From the NCBI GenBank assembly GCA_051294375.1, contig CM119264.1, forward strand, positions 27,994,663-28,058,662: DNA of 64,000 nucleotides. The letters are read 5' to 3'. The position numbers were made by a program, and so were the translations under genes. Shown here piece after piece: positions 1-13,663 of this stretch. This DNA comes from Paraspadella gotoi (Eukaryota > Animalia > Chaetognatha). The notes beneath the pieces were generated by a model. The model did not search any database, was not told the DNA's origin, and saw only the letters and a program-made list of their open reading frames with translations. Each line of letters starts with the position of its first letter. The stretch's first letter is position 1.

Positions 1-2289
1 AATAAATATAAAAACAAAGCGTCGAGGCGAAAATTATTAATTCCGGGTGATCGCTGGAAATGAAGAGCAAGAAGATGAAAAAAATATATATTCCTTCTTT
101 TACGGAAAAGGAAAAATTATTAATCGTAACAATACATTAATTTATTTGAAGTATTTATTAATCTAATTTATTTATTTATTTAATTTATTTATTTGTTTAT
201 TTAACTAAACAAGATTAATACAAAGGCTAAATCACATTGGAGCCCAGAAGCATTCTCTAGCGACTCCATTGGCGGAGAGCTATAAAACTGTTTCCGCTAA
301 CGTTATTGGTCGTTGCTTGAATTAGCATTCTTTTTTTTTACGGGTCAACCACAATAACAGAGTCGTAAGTTCGTTGTCCTGACGTTATCACCGTCAGGAT
401 AAGATATCGATCTAACTTCAAGTTTTAAATTCCGAAGGACGCCGATTGGTCGATTTCGTCATCCACCGAAAATGAATATTTTGATCCAATCAGAAATGCG
501 GGATTTAGTCGTTAGAAGATGCTCATCTTTGTAGCGAATTAAAGTAATTAAAGTATCTGGCGCCTCTTGAGTCTTGGCTCTCTCTCTCTCTCTCTTCTCT
601 CTCTTTCTCTCTCTCTCTCCATCTCTCTCTCTCCTCTCTCTCTCTATCCTCCTCTTCTCTTCTCTCATCTCTCTCTCTTCCTCTCTCTCTTTTTTTTTGT
701 TTTCCGNNNNNNNNNNNNNNNNNNNNNNNNNTCCAGTTTCTCATTGGATTCGCCCGATGTAAAACTGGTTGTCAACGCTGAAAGATGGGCGACGGGAGAA
801 AAGAAAGAAAAAAGAAAAAAGTAACGTTGGGTAATGAGAAAAGTACGAATGTCAAAGACAGATGCCGAAAAAAGGAAAAAAGGAAAAAAAGGAAAAAAGG
901 AAAAGAGAAAGAAGAAATCAAGAAAAGAGAAATAAGAAATTAAGAAAAAAAAAATAAGCAAAAGAAAGGAAAGAAAAAAAGGGGGAAAAGGAAAAGAAAA
1001 AAAGGAAAAATTATAAATTAATTAGAGGAAAATGGCACATTTAAAATGTAAGACGATCATTCGATTAATTATTTATTCTATCAAAGGTATACATATTTTA
1101 CATTATCACTTCCTGGTCATTTCATAGTAGAAAGAAGACATTAAAGAGTCGGGGGGGTAAAATAGGTTTAAAGAAGAGAAAAAGAAATTTAAGAGACGAA
1201 AAAAGTGAGAAACGAGAGAAGTTAACGACTTTTGGTTGACAGGGATGAAGTCAAGTTGAGTTGGAAGGCTGAAGGAGAGAGAGAAGAGAGAGAGAAGAGA
1301 GAGAGAGAGACGAGAGACGAGAGAGACGAGAGGAGAGGAGAGAGAGAGAGGCCGAGGCGTAGAGTTCTAGATCACCAGGCCGCTGCATGTTCCCGCCACG
1401 CTAACCCAGCCCCGAGAGTTACACGGTCAGCCAGCCCGCTTGCTTCGGTTGGGCGAAAAATTAAGAATAACAGATTAACGATATAAAAAACAAAAAAAAA
1501 ACTCGTTTTCCAAGAGTTTATTATTCGGGCGTTAAATGAATTTATAAATGAATTTATAAAATTAACCATGATTAACTTTCAAATCTAATTAGAAGATAAA
1601 ATTTAAGAAACGGAGTGGAAGAGCAAAATAAAATTTGGGAGAGAATCGTTTGGATGATGAATTTCTGATTAGTTAAAATTAGTTAATTCAGTCAAAATTC
1701 GCGGAGCAACTCAAAAATGTCAGTTGTCGGTCCGTCGGTCTGTCCACCTTACGTTAGTTTTATGCTCATTCGTTAACCTCGACTGATCGTCACTGGGTCG
1801 GAACTCACTTTAGAATTTCCGTTCTTATTTTGTGATAAATTTGTTTAATATTTTCGAGAAAAAAAATTTGAAACGGAAATTCCCTCAAAAAAAAAAAAAG
1901 GTAAAACGATTTTAGATTGTCCGGAAAATTTGATTCAAAATTGATTAACAAACTTTTTCGGTGACACGCGATTTGTTATAAATTGGCAAAATATTTTTTT
2001 TGTTTTATAATCTTAAAATTATTATTATTTTTGGTTACATTATTTTTACCCGATTCTCGACGTCAATGCAACGATAACGAAAATGATGACGAAGAAAATC
2101 AAAAAGACGACAACGAAGAGGACGACAATAACGACGACGCCGATGACGACGAGGACGCCGATGACTACGACGACGACGACGACGCCGATGATGACGACGA
2201 CGACGACGACGACGACGCAGTCTGACGTTCTAAAGCGAGGACGAAATTCGTAACCAAATCTTGCTAACAGATAAAAAGCTTAATTTCAA

Positions 2290-2830
2290 AGAACGAAGGA
2301 ACGAAAGAACGAACGAAGGAACAAAGAAAAGAACGAAGGAACGAACTAAGAAAAAAACAAAGGAACGAACGAAGGAACGAAGGAACGAAGGAACAAAGGA
2401 ACGAATGAAGGAAGAAACGAAAGAACGAAGGAAAGAAGGAATGAAAGAACAAACGAAGGAACAAAGAAATTAACGAAGGAAGGAACAAAGGAACGAACGA
2501 TGGAAAGAACGAAGGAACCAACAAAGGATAGAATAAAGGAACGAAGGAACGAACGAAGGAACGAACAAAGGAAAGAACAATGGAACGAAGGAACGAAGGA
2601 ACGAACGAAGAAACAAAGAAATGAACCAAGGAACAAGCTAAGAAAAAAACAAGCAACGAACGAAGGAACAAAGGAACGAACGATGGAAAGAACAAGGAAC
2701 GAACAAAGGAAAGAACAAAGGTAAGAACAAAAGAACGAAGGAACGAAGGAACGAACGAAGGAACAAACGAAGGAACGAACAAAGGAAAGAACAAATGAAC
2801 TAAGGGACGAACGAAGGAACGAACGAACTA
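2290..2830. repeat. Degenerate (GAAC/GAAG/GAACAAAG)n simple repeat array
   Basis: Continuous GAACGAAG/GAACAAAG units; the overlapping ORFs are low-complexity artefacts. Confidence 0.9.
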
Positions 2831-2892
2831 ATCGTATATATGTTATCTACTTTTGCTAGACTTGAATTTTTAACCCTTCATATAATTAATCC

Positions 2893-2905
2893 TTATTATA
2901 TTATT

Positions 2906-2998
<93 letters not shown>

Positions 2999-3020
2999 AT
3001 TATTATTATTATTATATTAT
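2893..3020. repeat. (ATT)n microsatellite
   Basis: Directly visible; it produces the poly-Ile ORF. Confidence 0.95.
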
Positions 3021-3207
3021 TAACCCTTATTATACATTAAAACTAAGGCCAAAATTCTGGATTCAATTGAAACCTCTTAGGTAATTTTACGATCGGCTTG
3101 GGAGTTATTGAGTGCGCTCCTCTCTCTGCCGAAGCCCACGGGTGAAATACACTTTTCTCAAAGCTTTTAAGTTAAGGGAGAGAGACGGGAATTGGAGTAG
3201 AGAGATT

Positions 3208-3248
<41 letters not shown>

Positions 3249-3444
3249 GAGAGAGAGGAGAGAGAGAGAGAGAGAGAGAGCCTATCTGGAACGCCACAGA
3301 AAAATCTTATGACGATCTCATTGAGGGATGTAAAATATGTCAGCGCGTCCCACTCAACGAAGGATTTAGAGGAAATTGAACACACCGATTTTCCTCGTGT
3401 TGGTTTTTGTCGCCTGAAATTGGAGAGAGCAAAGAGAAAAGAGA

Positions 3445-3477
<33 letters not shown>

Positions 3478-3650
3478 AGAGAAGACGGAGGAGAGGAGGG
3501 AGAGAGAGAGGAGGGGGAGAGGAGAGAGGGGGGATTGAGGCACAGAGAAAGAGAGACCTACTAAACAAGACAAACGACTAGAAATACTTAACAGACAAAA
3601 AACAGAAGCGTAATTTTAGTTTTCAAAATTTTCTCTCTCTCTCTCTTTCT

Positions 3651-3681
<31 letters not shown>

Positions 3682-4037
3682 ACCGCGTTTCTCATCTCTC
3701 TGCCTCTCTCTCTCTCCTTTGTCTCTCTCCTCCATGTCACTCTCCGTCTCTCGTCATCCGGCGGTCTCTCTCTCTCTCTCTCTCTCTCTCCCTCTCTCCA
3801 CACAAATAACTCCCAAAATAGAGTAATCCTCTCGGAATACAAAACTAAAAAGTGTCTGCGATGAATATGTTTGTTATTTTTCAGCGCCACCTGCAGTACA
3901 CGAGGAAAAGCAAGAACGGTTTAAACAGTAAGAAAGACAAAAAAGGGAAAAACAAAATAGATATACAAATTAAAAGGAAGAAAGTAAGAGAGAAAGAATT
4001 GAAGAATTAAAGAAAGAGAGAAAGAAAAAAAGAAAAA

Positions 4038-4120
<83 letters not shown>

Positions 4121-4999
4121 GAAAGAAAATAAAGATTAAGAGATGAGGTCGGCGAGTCCCCGTTCATAAATAAACTGCGCGGGGAAACCTTGACATCGAA
4201 ATCCCCGGGGATTTTCCCTTCAATCTCGAAACGGAATATGTGAGACTCGATTCGCGGTCGAGAAACGTGAGACTCAGTTAAGTGAGACACGAGTTAATCG
4301 CATCACGGGAAATGTGAATCGCCCAATTGCCGTCGTGAACTTGGATGGTGAAGAGCTTCATCATCGAGGAGAGGATGAACGAGAATATTTTTGAGAAAAT
4401 TCTAAAAATATTTTAACGTGTTTTTTTTTTAAATCAAAACATTTTTTATTAAAATTAAAAAGTTTTAAAATGAATATACTTATTGTAATTTTGGGAAATT
4501 TGTCAGAATCTAAATATATATAGCCTCGGAAAAGAGAGCCCGAGCTTTACAAGGGATGTTTAGCCAAAGAAAAAAAAAGAAAGACAAAAAAAGAAAGAAC
4601 GATAACCACGAGACTTATACGTAAAGGACTAGTATATATTATATTTAATGTCCAAGGTCGTTTTATTGCATCTTATTCTTTCTTTCATCACTGCTTTAAC
4701 CTCTTTCTTTTTTTGCCTAAATGCTAATCATTTTATTCGTCAAAATGTTGTCACAAAGAGAACTAAAATATTCAAATTGACGATAAGAAAATAAGGAGGC
4801 TTTTTCTAAAGGGAATNNNNNNNNNNNNNNNNNNNNNNNNNCACACTATAAAAATCTACTTTACTTTGAAAGAACAATTACAATTATTTCAACTGTCACA
4901 TTCTTGGTCTCGTGAGTTCCCGTCTTCTCATTTTTTTCTTGTCAAATCTTTGCCTTCTAATCTTTCACTCTTTCCTCTTTCTCCTCTTCTCTTTCTCTG

Positions 5000-5043
<44 letters not shown>

Positions 5044-6199
5044 CTCTCGCACTCTCTTCTTTCCTTCTTTCTCCTCCTCTCTCTCATCCCCTTTTTAACC
5101 GTCGTCCCAGCTTTGTTCATCTCTTCAAAACAGTTTTGTCCGCCCATTTAGTGTTGTATTGAACTAAGTTCGTAGAGGGTGGCTGGTCGTTGACCAACTA
5201 ACTGGCCTGAGCTGATCCCCTGCGCTATGCACAAAACGAGAGGAATTCGAGTTGAAGATGGCGCCGGACGAGACGATGGGCGCCGTCAAGACGCTCAAGA
5301 TGATGATTGACGACAAAGTCGAAAGCCAGGCATTCTTCTAAAAGTCGAATGAGAATGGAGTAGAAGTCCTGGGCTAAAGAATAACAAAACATTTAATAAA
5401 CACTGCACAAATATACTATATAAAGTTAAAAGAATCCATCTTATTGTTTTCTGAAGCGCCAATTGTAGAAAAAGGTTGCCTCTATCACAGAAAATTCCAA
5501 CCATCCAGCGATACAAGGTTTCCTTTAAAAAAGAAAGTTTCGAGAATATCTAAAAAGCGAATTCTTATCTTTAAAAAAAGTATTGAAAACGCAATTGCAA
5601 AGACTGAACAAATCTGGAGGGTTACCAGTCGATTAGAAATCAAGGCCTGAGATCTAAAGAAACGGCGGGAACCAATCCAGAAACAGCCATGCGTGCACTC
5701 GGAAAGCTGTACTATAGTATATATATATGATACAAATTCGAAACCCAAGAGAATGTCGCTGTGATCGCGGAAGAAATAGAATTTCCTTTGCGTTAGTAAA
5801 AATAGAAATAAAAGAGGCATCCGGGGTGAAAGAAGAGAAGTTTGGGGATTTCCACGGTATATATAATTGATAATGATTTTCGTAACTCCACCCCGCTATC
5901 TCCAGGCATGCCAACATGGCATACTGGGAATACCCCGAAAAAAAACAAGCCCCCCATGTCTAGAAATAATCATCAATATATCCGGGCGCGGGGGATGGAA
6001 AGTAAGATGAGGAAAAATTTTAACGCTGAGTATGCAAAAATGCGGCCCAGGAACTTACTTGCTAAGCCTAATAAACTTTGCGATTCCATTAAAAACAGGA
6101 ACGCGTCTTCCTCAAAAAGCCGACAAAAGCGGAGAGACGAGCAACGGCGCAGACGACAACTGACCGGCGCTAGCTCTCTTCCACACGCAGTTGTACTCA

Positions 6200-7570
6200 A
6201 GTCATGATGTTTTGAAAGACGAAACAGTGAGTACAAAGACACGAATTATGACAAAATTGTACGGAGAATGGTAAAATACAATAGCCGTAATAATCAATTC
6301 TTCTGTCTGACTCAAAAAACAGGCTTCGAAGTTTCGATTTCGTACGATCGGTGTCAACGCGTACAGCCGAAGATACCGCTCATAGCAGCCGCTCAATGCG
6401 AAGCGCCGTGTTACGGTTTACCGAAAGCGTACCAAACCTGACCTGCGAAATTAAAAAAGGGTAAATCCTGACTGCGAATGGCGTGCTTCAGTACACCCGT
6501 TAAAACAAACCATATTAATACAAACGAAAACGCTAAAAAAAACTGGACTTCATCTGACTCTTAAAACACTTGCCCGCTAACTGAAAAAATAACACAATGA
6601 AGAGTCCTAGAAATAAATTGACACAAGGCAGGGGGGAATGAGGACATTGGGAGCTAAAATATCACTAACCTAACATGAACTAACAAACATAGAATTTCGG
6701 GTTTAACTAGCTTCGGGCATATTACTAACAAATAACTAAATAATAAAGCAAAACAATATAGGCCCTTTATCGAAATCTAAAGTCGGTTATAACTGACCCC
6801 GGTGGCCGACTTTAAACCCGATATTTTTCACTTAGGTCGATGATCAGCGAAGACCACACCGGTTGTAAACTGACCGCCGGTGGCCGATCTTCGAGCCCGA
6901 CATATGTTAACAACGCCGCGACCTTCCGAAAGTAGCCAACTAACAGGAGGAAGACGTGAATATTATGAAGCCCGAAAATTTAAGATAATACGGCACCGCG
7001 ACCAATTCGAGATTCCTAAAGAACCGAAAAGGTAAAGAAAAATAAAAGGTTGTCGATCTTGGTAAAGCGATTACACGCACACACGAAATGCACTTCCCGC
7101 CCCGCAGGAACGAAATAGGATCTCGAAGATAATGTTCGGACCGGCTAAGAACGAAATCACCTTCGACTTCAATCGAACATGGCGAGGCGAAAGGTGCCTT
7201 TCATGGTCACGAACAAACCTGAGGCGAATAACACAAATCTCAAAATATTCAAATTTTTTCCTTACGCGCAGGTTGGCCGCATCAGAGAATCGCCAGCATA
7301 TCTTCAGATTCATCGTCACAAGCTTCTTCAAGCGTCCGTCTACGATTCTCGATGAGGACCCGATACGGAAGAACCGAATCTTTGAAAGATCTGCGTATTA
7401 TTCGACTCCTTATACCAAAAAATATTGAGAAAGAACGCACAATCCGCGTACCTACGAACACAAAAACCTTAGACTACTCCTACGGGAAAAATAGTAAATT
7501 GAAACAATCGAATTGTACTAATAATCTTCACCGTCTGAATCTTGTAAATCTTCTTCTTCTGAAATGAACT
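6200..7570 (+). CDS. Orphan protein(s), frameshifted; Cys-containing N-part and an internal duplicated peptide (VITDPVADFKPDI / VVTDPVADxEPDI)
   Basis: Open frame EYKDTNYDKIVRRMVKYNSRNNQFFCLTQKTGFEVSISYDRCQRVQPKIPLIAAAQCEAPCYGLPKAYQT from about 6228; imperfect ~40 bp direct repeat at about 6785 and 6860; AATAAA at about 7578. May be two genes; boundaries approximate. Confidence 0.3.
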
Positions 7571-7764
7571 ATTTCTGAATAAAGCTTGAAATAACTGAAA
7601 AAACAAAAATAATTAACATTCTTATCTACCTTAAATGTCGTAGTAGGTGGCAAAATAAAAAAATGTTAGACTACGACCTAGAAAACGAATCATGACCTAA
7701 ACAAAAACCCGAAAATACGAAAAAACCTAATAAATCTATCACTCTAAACGTAATCAAATCTAAA

Positions 7765-8540
7765 ATGTGCGCTGAAGGAAGTTATTTTATTGGTTTACCC
7801 TTACTTTAAGCATCCGAATGCCGAAGCAACGAGATCCAAGTATTTCGGCAGGCAAAGAGTATGACTACGGATGGGGCGAGAACCTCACACCCTGCCAAAA
7901 GCAAGCAAAGCAATAATTATGATAAACCTCTCGTCGCTGGCTCCCTACCACATACTAGCTACTTATTTTAGGGAGAAAAACACAAAAAAGGTGGGCGTAC
8001 AATATACGCAACGAATACGAAACCGATTTAACTTGCCATCAGATAACCGCGTCCGTAAACGTTCGATAGGGGTAGTACTTTAAAAGGGTTTTCGGTAAAG
8101 TTGTTCCCGACGCCAAGAAGGAGGCGAAGGTCAAAACAAAACAACTATCGTAGTCCGATTTTAGAAAAAAATATTTCGAAAGTTTCCCGCGACTTTTCCC
8201 AACCAAATTCTTGAGCGGAATCGGCTATACGTAAAGGAAGCCGCCCTGCCTAAGCGCGCGGCAAGGGAGACAGTTCTTGAACAGCAGGGACGCGGTCACT
8301 CCGAAGGCCTAAAATATTTGTGATATTTTAGCGTCGACTCACGAGGCCCCCGTCCCGTCTAGAGACATTCGAAAGTCGAAGCAAAAATTTTTTATAAAAG
8401 CTGAAAAAACGTTAGGGGCCAAAATTTATGAAATATATATACACGATCAAAGAGAAGATAATCTATATTATTCTTACCTACTCTTAAAATTGTCGCCATC
8501 TTCTCTTGAAGCTATCAAAAAAATACAAAATCTGAAATAA
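7765..8540 (+). CDS. Orphan protein with hydrophobic N-terminus (putative secreted or membrane protein), about 250 aa, with sequencing errors
   Basis: ATG at 7765. One frame reads GKEYDYGWGENLTPCQKQ...RWAYNIRNEYETDLTCHQIT...YFKRVFGKVVPDAKK...NICDILAST...KKIQNLK*, interrupted by scattered stops. The stop TAA at 8538-8540 lies inside AATAAA. Confidence 0.4.
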
Positions 8541-8547
8541 ATACAAA

Positions 8548-8847
8548 ATGTGGACAGATCGGGGCGTTCGCTATGCAGTGGGGTGGTTGGCAACAACCGC
8601 TCCGAAGAGTGGTTTCGTTCTTTCCGTCTTGTTCTGGTCGGGAGAACACGCTTTGGGGCGAGCGTTGGTTGTTTTTGTCCTCTCTCGCTTAAACCAAGAA
8701 AGCTTGACCTTGACTGCAACTTTTCGCCTCTTTCTCAACGTCCTACGAAAAACCTTGAAAAGAAAACTAAAAATACAACCCTTTGAAATTCAAAATGGGT
8801 TACGTAAACTTATACTAATGAATAAATCGAAAAAATATCCATTTTAA
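8548..8847 (+). CDS. Small hydrophobic orphan protein
   Basis: ATG 7 bp after the previous stop; hydrophobic segments GFVLSVLFW and ALVVFVLS (99-aa ORF in the track). Confidence 0.35.
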   Translation: MWTDRGVRYAVGWLATTAPKSGFVLSVLFWSGEHALGRALVVFVLSRLNQESLTLTATFRLFLNVLRKTLKRKLKIQPFEIQNGLRKLILMNKSKKYPF

Positions 8848-9875
8848 AAAAACGAACAAAGCTATTATTAAAAATATTTTTTCCTAATAAATACTAATTA
8901 AATTCATATCAAAATTGGTCGTACCCCCGCACGACGGAGAGGAAACGACCTCGTTCGTACAAAAAAGAAAAAATTTTTCGAAAAAATTCAGCAAAAAAAA
9001 TCGCTAAGTCCCAAAATAACAAAGGGAGTACTACGCGTAGTTAATTTTGTAATGCTTGGGGAGAAATCTCCCCCAGCGAAGGAAAACCGCCAAATTTTCC
9101 ACCCGAGCGTAAGTTACGCGAAGATCTGGGAAAAAAGGCATGATGGTTAATAACACTTTTCTCGAGATAATCGAAGCGTACAACGATTCGATTGAATAGT
9201 TGAGGTTAACCTGTCGAAAACCAACATAGACAATAACTAAAAAACCAAAAAAAATAAATATTTAACTAAAGCAAAAAAAAAATAATGTTAAAAAGCTAAA
9301 ATTAAATACTAAATTAAGAAACCGTAAAAACACGCTAATCAATCCCGGAATGGTCCGCCGTACCAAGTCCGCTCTACGCCCGACGCCGCCTTCGAGATCC
9401 AAAGCTTCATCAACCCGTAATCGTCGTCACGACCGAGCCGTCCACCTTGAACCGGAAGTGTCGGTCGCATTCGCAGGCGAAACGCGGAAATATTCGTGCA
9501 TTCACACACGTGAGAAAATTTTGGGGAAAGATTCGCACGCTGTGGGAAAAATGGGTGTAATTTACCGCTAAAGCCATCGACGATAGCATCGAAAAAAATC
9601 GATGGCTGGGAAAAAACCAATTATCGATGAGTTCAAATATAATTAAAATAATTTAACATTAGTAAAATTATTTTTCCCGTTTGTTTACTATTTTGCATAA
9701 GAAAATAACCTGAAGCATCTTGAAGTGAGTGGACGAGCTTTTTGTACTGAAAAGAATTTCATAAAAAAGTTGAGTTGTTTTGGTGAAAGAAATAAAAAAG
9801 AGAGAAAAGCTAAAACGATTGAGATAAAGATGAATTGGAAAGGAAAGTAAAGAAAGAAAGAGAAAGAAAGAAAAA

Positions 9876-9959
<84 letters not shown>

Positions 9960-10042
9960 AACTAAGAAACAAAGAAACAAAAAAACGAAGAAACAAAGAA
10001 ACAAAGAAAATAAAAAGAAAGAAACAAAGAAAGTAATGTAAA

Positions 10043-10151
10043 AATTTATTGTCAAAATTAAAGCTAATTTATTGTCAAAATTAAAGCTAATTTATTGTCA
10101 AAATTAAAGCTAATTTATTGTCAAAATTAAAGCTAATTTATTGTCAAAATT
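10043..10151. repeat. 23-bp minisatellite AATTTATTGTCAAAATTAAAGCT, about 4.7 copies
   Basis: Perfect tandem copies are visible. Confidence 0.95.
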
Positions 10152-10305
10152 CAGGACATCATCCGCTTGAATTTTTCTGTTTCATAAGTTGAGGAAAATG
10201 AAATCATTTTTGATTTCGAAATGAAACTTTTTTCCTTCAACTTACGAACCATTTTATCCCAGTTCTTTCCACCAGATTTTCCATGACATTTCTGTCTTTT
10301 CTCAA

Positions 10306-10342
<37 letters not shown>

Positions 10343-13209
10343 GGGTCTGGTGGGGGGGAAATCGGGTAAGTGAGCGGGAGGAAAAAAAAAAAAAAGAAAA
10401 AAAGAGAAAAGTTANNNNNNNNNNNNNNNNNNNNNNNNNCCCCCCCCTCTCTCTCCATCTCTCTCTCCCTCTCCCTCTCTCTCACTCTCCCTCTCTCGTA
10501 CTCCGCTGCCGGATTTATGAAGCATCACAAAGGGAGTTCGCGTTACGTGACGACAAAGAAAACAAATTGGAATTCAATTCCCGCCAACAAAAGAATCAGC
10601 TACGAGGCCAGCGGGCGTCGGGAGCTGGGGTGGTGAAACGTAAGTGAGACCATAGAAATTTGGGGTAAAGTATCTAAACCGAGGAAGAGAAAAGGAATAA
10701 TGAGAACATCAATAATGGCGACCTTCTTGTACTAATCACCGTAGGTGACGATAAGGATTAAGAGCCATAGGTTTTCCCCAAGAATAGGGTCACGGATCAA
10801 ATAAAAACCCGAATAAATAAAGACCAAAATAAAACATCTTCGTATGTATAATTAATGGTCAACGTTGATACAAGTGTGCCACCCTGTGAATCAAAGTAGA
10901 ATTGGGGTAAGGGTTACGGGAGTCGAGGGAAGAGAAAAGGGGAATATAGAGAGAACAAGATCGGTTCATCCAAATTTATTTTCACGTAAATTCCCCTGTG
11001 ATCACATGACTACATAACTTTCTTAGCCCGTGTATTTATGACACGCGGTGCATCGGAATTTCGTCTTTTATTCTTTATAATTTTATGATTTTTTAAAGGT
11101 GGAGCCAGGAGTCACTTAAGATTTGAGGATTTTTCCCTTCTTAACAAATGAGCAACTGACTATAGGCGAGTTATATGGCTAGAGTTTAAATAGAGAGATT
11201 TAAGGCCAAAAATGAAATCGTAAGCGTATTTAATCTCAGCAAACATTGAGGTATCAAGTATGAACCATTTTTCGAAAATAAAAAGTTTTAACCCGAAGGA
11301 AATATGAAACAACTGAAAGATTAAATTTATTTATTCCAAACAAACAGTTAAATTTAAATAAAAAATTTAGGAATTCTTAGGAAAAAAAAACATCAGTTGA
11401 AATTCACTGAATTTTTTTTCCCCGTGAGAAAAAAACAAATTTTCACATCAACTGTTACTAATGGACCGAAACTGTGATACGGAGGACGTGAATTCTCACA
11501 GCTTTTTGCTGTCGATTTCTGAGCAAATGTCGTCGCCAATGATGAGCGGAACGGAGGAGGAGGAGGAAGAGGAGGAGGAGGAGGATGAGGAGGTTGGGAG
11601 ATAAAGGTTGCATATAAAAACATTTTTATGTGATAAGAGAAGAGCTGGATCGAATCTAATCAATTAAAAGAGATGTAGCCTACATTGTAGGGAAAGAAAA
11701 GGGAACGACCGTGAAGATTAAGATGGGAGATAAGAGAAGGATAATAAAGCGAAAAATAAAAGACTAAAGACGCGGGAGAGATAAAAATAGATCCCGTGAG
11801 AGAAATGACAGAAGATTAATGATGAAATTGAGAAGAGAAACAGAAAATGAGGGGAGGAGAGAAGAAAGTGAATTGAGAAATTAGGAATCGATTCGGATTT
11901 GGAATTTNNNNNNNNNNNNNNNNNNNNNNNNNNNNNNNNNNNNNNNNNNNNNNNNNNNNNNNNNNNNNNNNNNNNNNNNNNNNNNNNNNNNNNNNNNNNN
12001 NNNNNNNNNNNNNNNNNNNNNNNNNNNNNNNNNNNNNNNNNNNNNNNNNNNNNNNNNNNNNNNNNNNNNNNNNNNNNNNNNNNNNNNNNNNNNNNNNNNN
12101 NNNNNNNNNNNNNAGAGAGAGAGAAAAAATATGACAAAAGAAATTATAAACAATCGACAACAACAACGACAACAATAACAACAAAAGGATGAAAATATCG
12201 AGGATGACGTCGAAAAACATGTCGACGCGACGCCTAGAAATCGATCGGGGGCTGGGNNNNNNNNNNNNNNNNNNNNNNNNNNNNNNNNNNNNNNNNNNNN
12301 NNNNNNNNNNNNNNNNNNNNNNNNNNNNNNNNNNNNNNNNNNNNNNNNNNNNNNNNNNNNNNNNNNNNNNNNNNNNNNNNNNNNNNNNNNNNNNNNNNNN
12401 NNNNNNNNNNNNNNNNNNNNNNNNNNNNNNNNNNNNNNNNNNNNNNNNNNNNNNNNNNNNNNNNNNNNNNNNNNNNNNNNNNNNNNNNNNNNNNNNNNNN
12501 NNNNNNNNNNNNNNNNNNNNNNNNNNNNNNNNNNNNNNNNNNNNNNNNNNNNNNNNNNNNNNNNNNNNNNNNNNNNNNNNNNNNNNNNNNNNNNNNNNNN
12601 NNNNNNNNNNNNNNNNNNNNNNNNNNNNNNNNNNNNNNNNNNNNNNNNNNNNNNNNNNNNNNNNNNNNNNNNNNNNNNNNNNNNNNNNNNNNNNNNNNNN
12701 NNNNNNNNNNNNNNNNNNNNNNNNNNNNNNNNNNNNNNNNNNNNNNNNNNNNNNNNNNNNNNNNNNNNNNNNNNNNNNNNNNNNNNNNNNNNNNNNNNNN
12801 NNNNNNNNNNNNNNNNNNNNNNNNNNNNNNNNNNNNNNNNNNNNNNNNNNNNNNNNNNNNNNNNNNNNNNNNNNNNNNNNNNNNNNNNNNNNNNNNNNNN
12901 NNNNNNNNNNNNNNNNNNNNNNNNNNNNNNNNNNNNNNNNNNNNNNNNNNNNNNNNNNNNNNNNNNNNNNNNNNNNNNNNNNNNNNNNNNNNNNNNNNNN
13001 NNNNNNNNNNNNNNNNNNNNNNNNNNNNNNNNNNNNNNNNNNNNNNNNNNNNNNNNNNNNNNNNNNNNNNNNNNNNNNNNNNNNNNNNNNNNNNNNNNNN
13101 NNNNNNNNNNNNNNNNNNNNNNNNNNNNNNNNNNNNNNNNNNNNNNNNNNNNNNNNNNNNNNNNNNNNNNNNNNNNNNNNNNNNNNNNNNNNNNNNNNNN
13201 NNNNNNNNA

Positions 13210-13244
<35 letters not shown>

Positions 13245-13247
13245 TAG

Positions 13248-13663
13248 GGTAAGTTATGAATGGATGGCTTGTTAGGGAAGGGATGTCCTCTTAACGGTCG
13301 GTTGGTCCGCGACCGAAGGTTATCGACTTCCAAAGTTGATGGACGATTTTCCTTTTGGAGAATTAGGAACTCGTCGGTGCCAGTCGAGGGGGCGCTAGGG
13401 GATTCGGTGCCAGTGAAGGCGGTGCCAGTGAAGGCAGTGCCAGCGGTGCCAGATGAGGGGGCGCCAGTAGAGGCGGTGCCAGTTCAGGGGGCGTAGGGGG
13501 AGTTTGCGCCAGTCGAGTTGGTGCCATAAGAGGGGGCGCCAGATGAGGCGGCGCTAATTCTGAGGGAAAGAGAGGCGCCAGTGAAGGCAGTGCCCATAAA
13601 AGGGGCGCCATTGGAAGCGGCGCCAGTGAAGGCGATGCCAGTAGTGTTGGCGCCAGCTTAAAC
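13248..13663. repeat. Copy 1 of a ~420-480 bp segment that includes a GGCGCCAGTGAA-type minisatellite; recurs at 28758-29235
   Basis: GGGTAAGTTATGAATGGATGGCTTGTTAGGGAAGGGATGTCCTCTTAACGGTCGG...GGCGCCAGCTTAA matches 28758-29235 colinearly. Confidence 0.9.

Larger units (their letters stand above)
5150..9650 (+). mobile_element. Island 1: gene-dense, intron-less block of orphan ORFs, virus-like (candidate endogenous large DNA virus fragment)
   Basis: 4.5 kb free of the microsatellites that fill the flanks. Successive + strand protein-like frames (e.g. EEFELKMAPDETMGAVKTLKMMIDDKVESQAFF*, PETAMRALGKLYY, KFETQENVAVIAEEIEFPL) with very short spacers; AATAAA overlaps or follows stop codons. No recognisable family motif. 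Confidence 0.45.

Noticed and set aside
459-5150. Many track ORFs rich in ER, LS, KERK, poly-I or poly-D here and throughout the window, and long ORFs spanning N runs
   Set aside because: They are translations of microsatellites or assembly gaps, not genes.
10043-10151. Short regular repeats here and at 30040-30300, 32784-32970 and 51490-51700 considered as CRISPR-like arrays
   Set aside because: They are head-to-tail tandem units with no unique spacers and no cas genes, in a eukaryotic context.
10500-10645. Possible isolated exon ending in a GTAAGT donor (IYEASQREFALRDDKENKLEF...)
   Set aside because: No acceptor, no partner exon and no recognisable homology.
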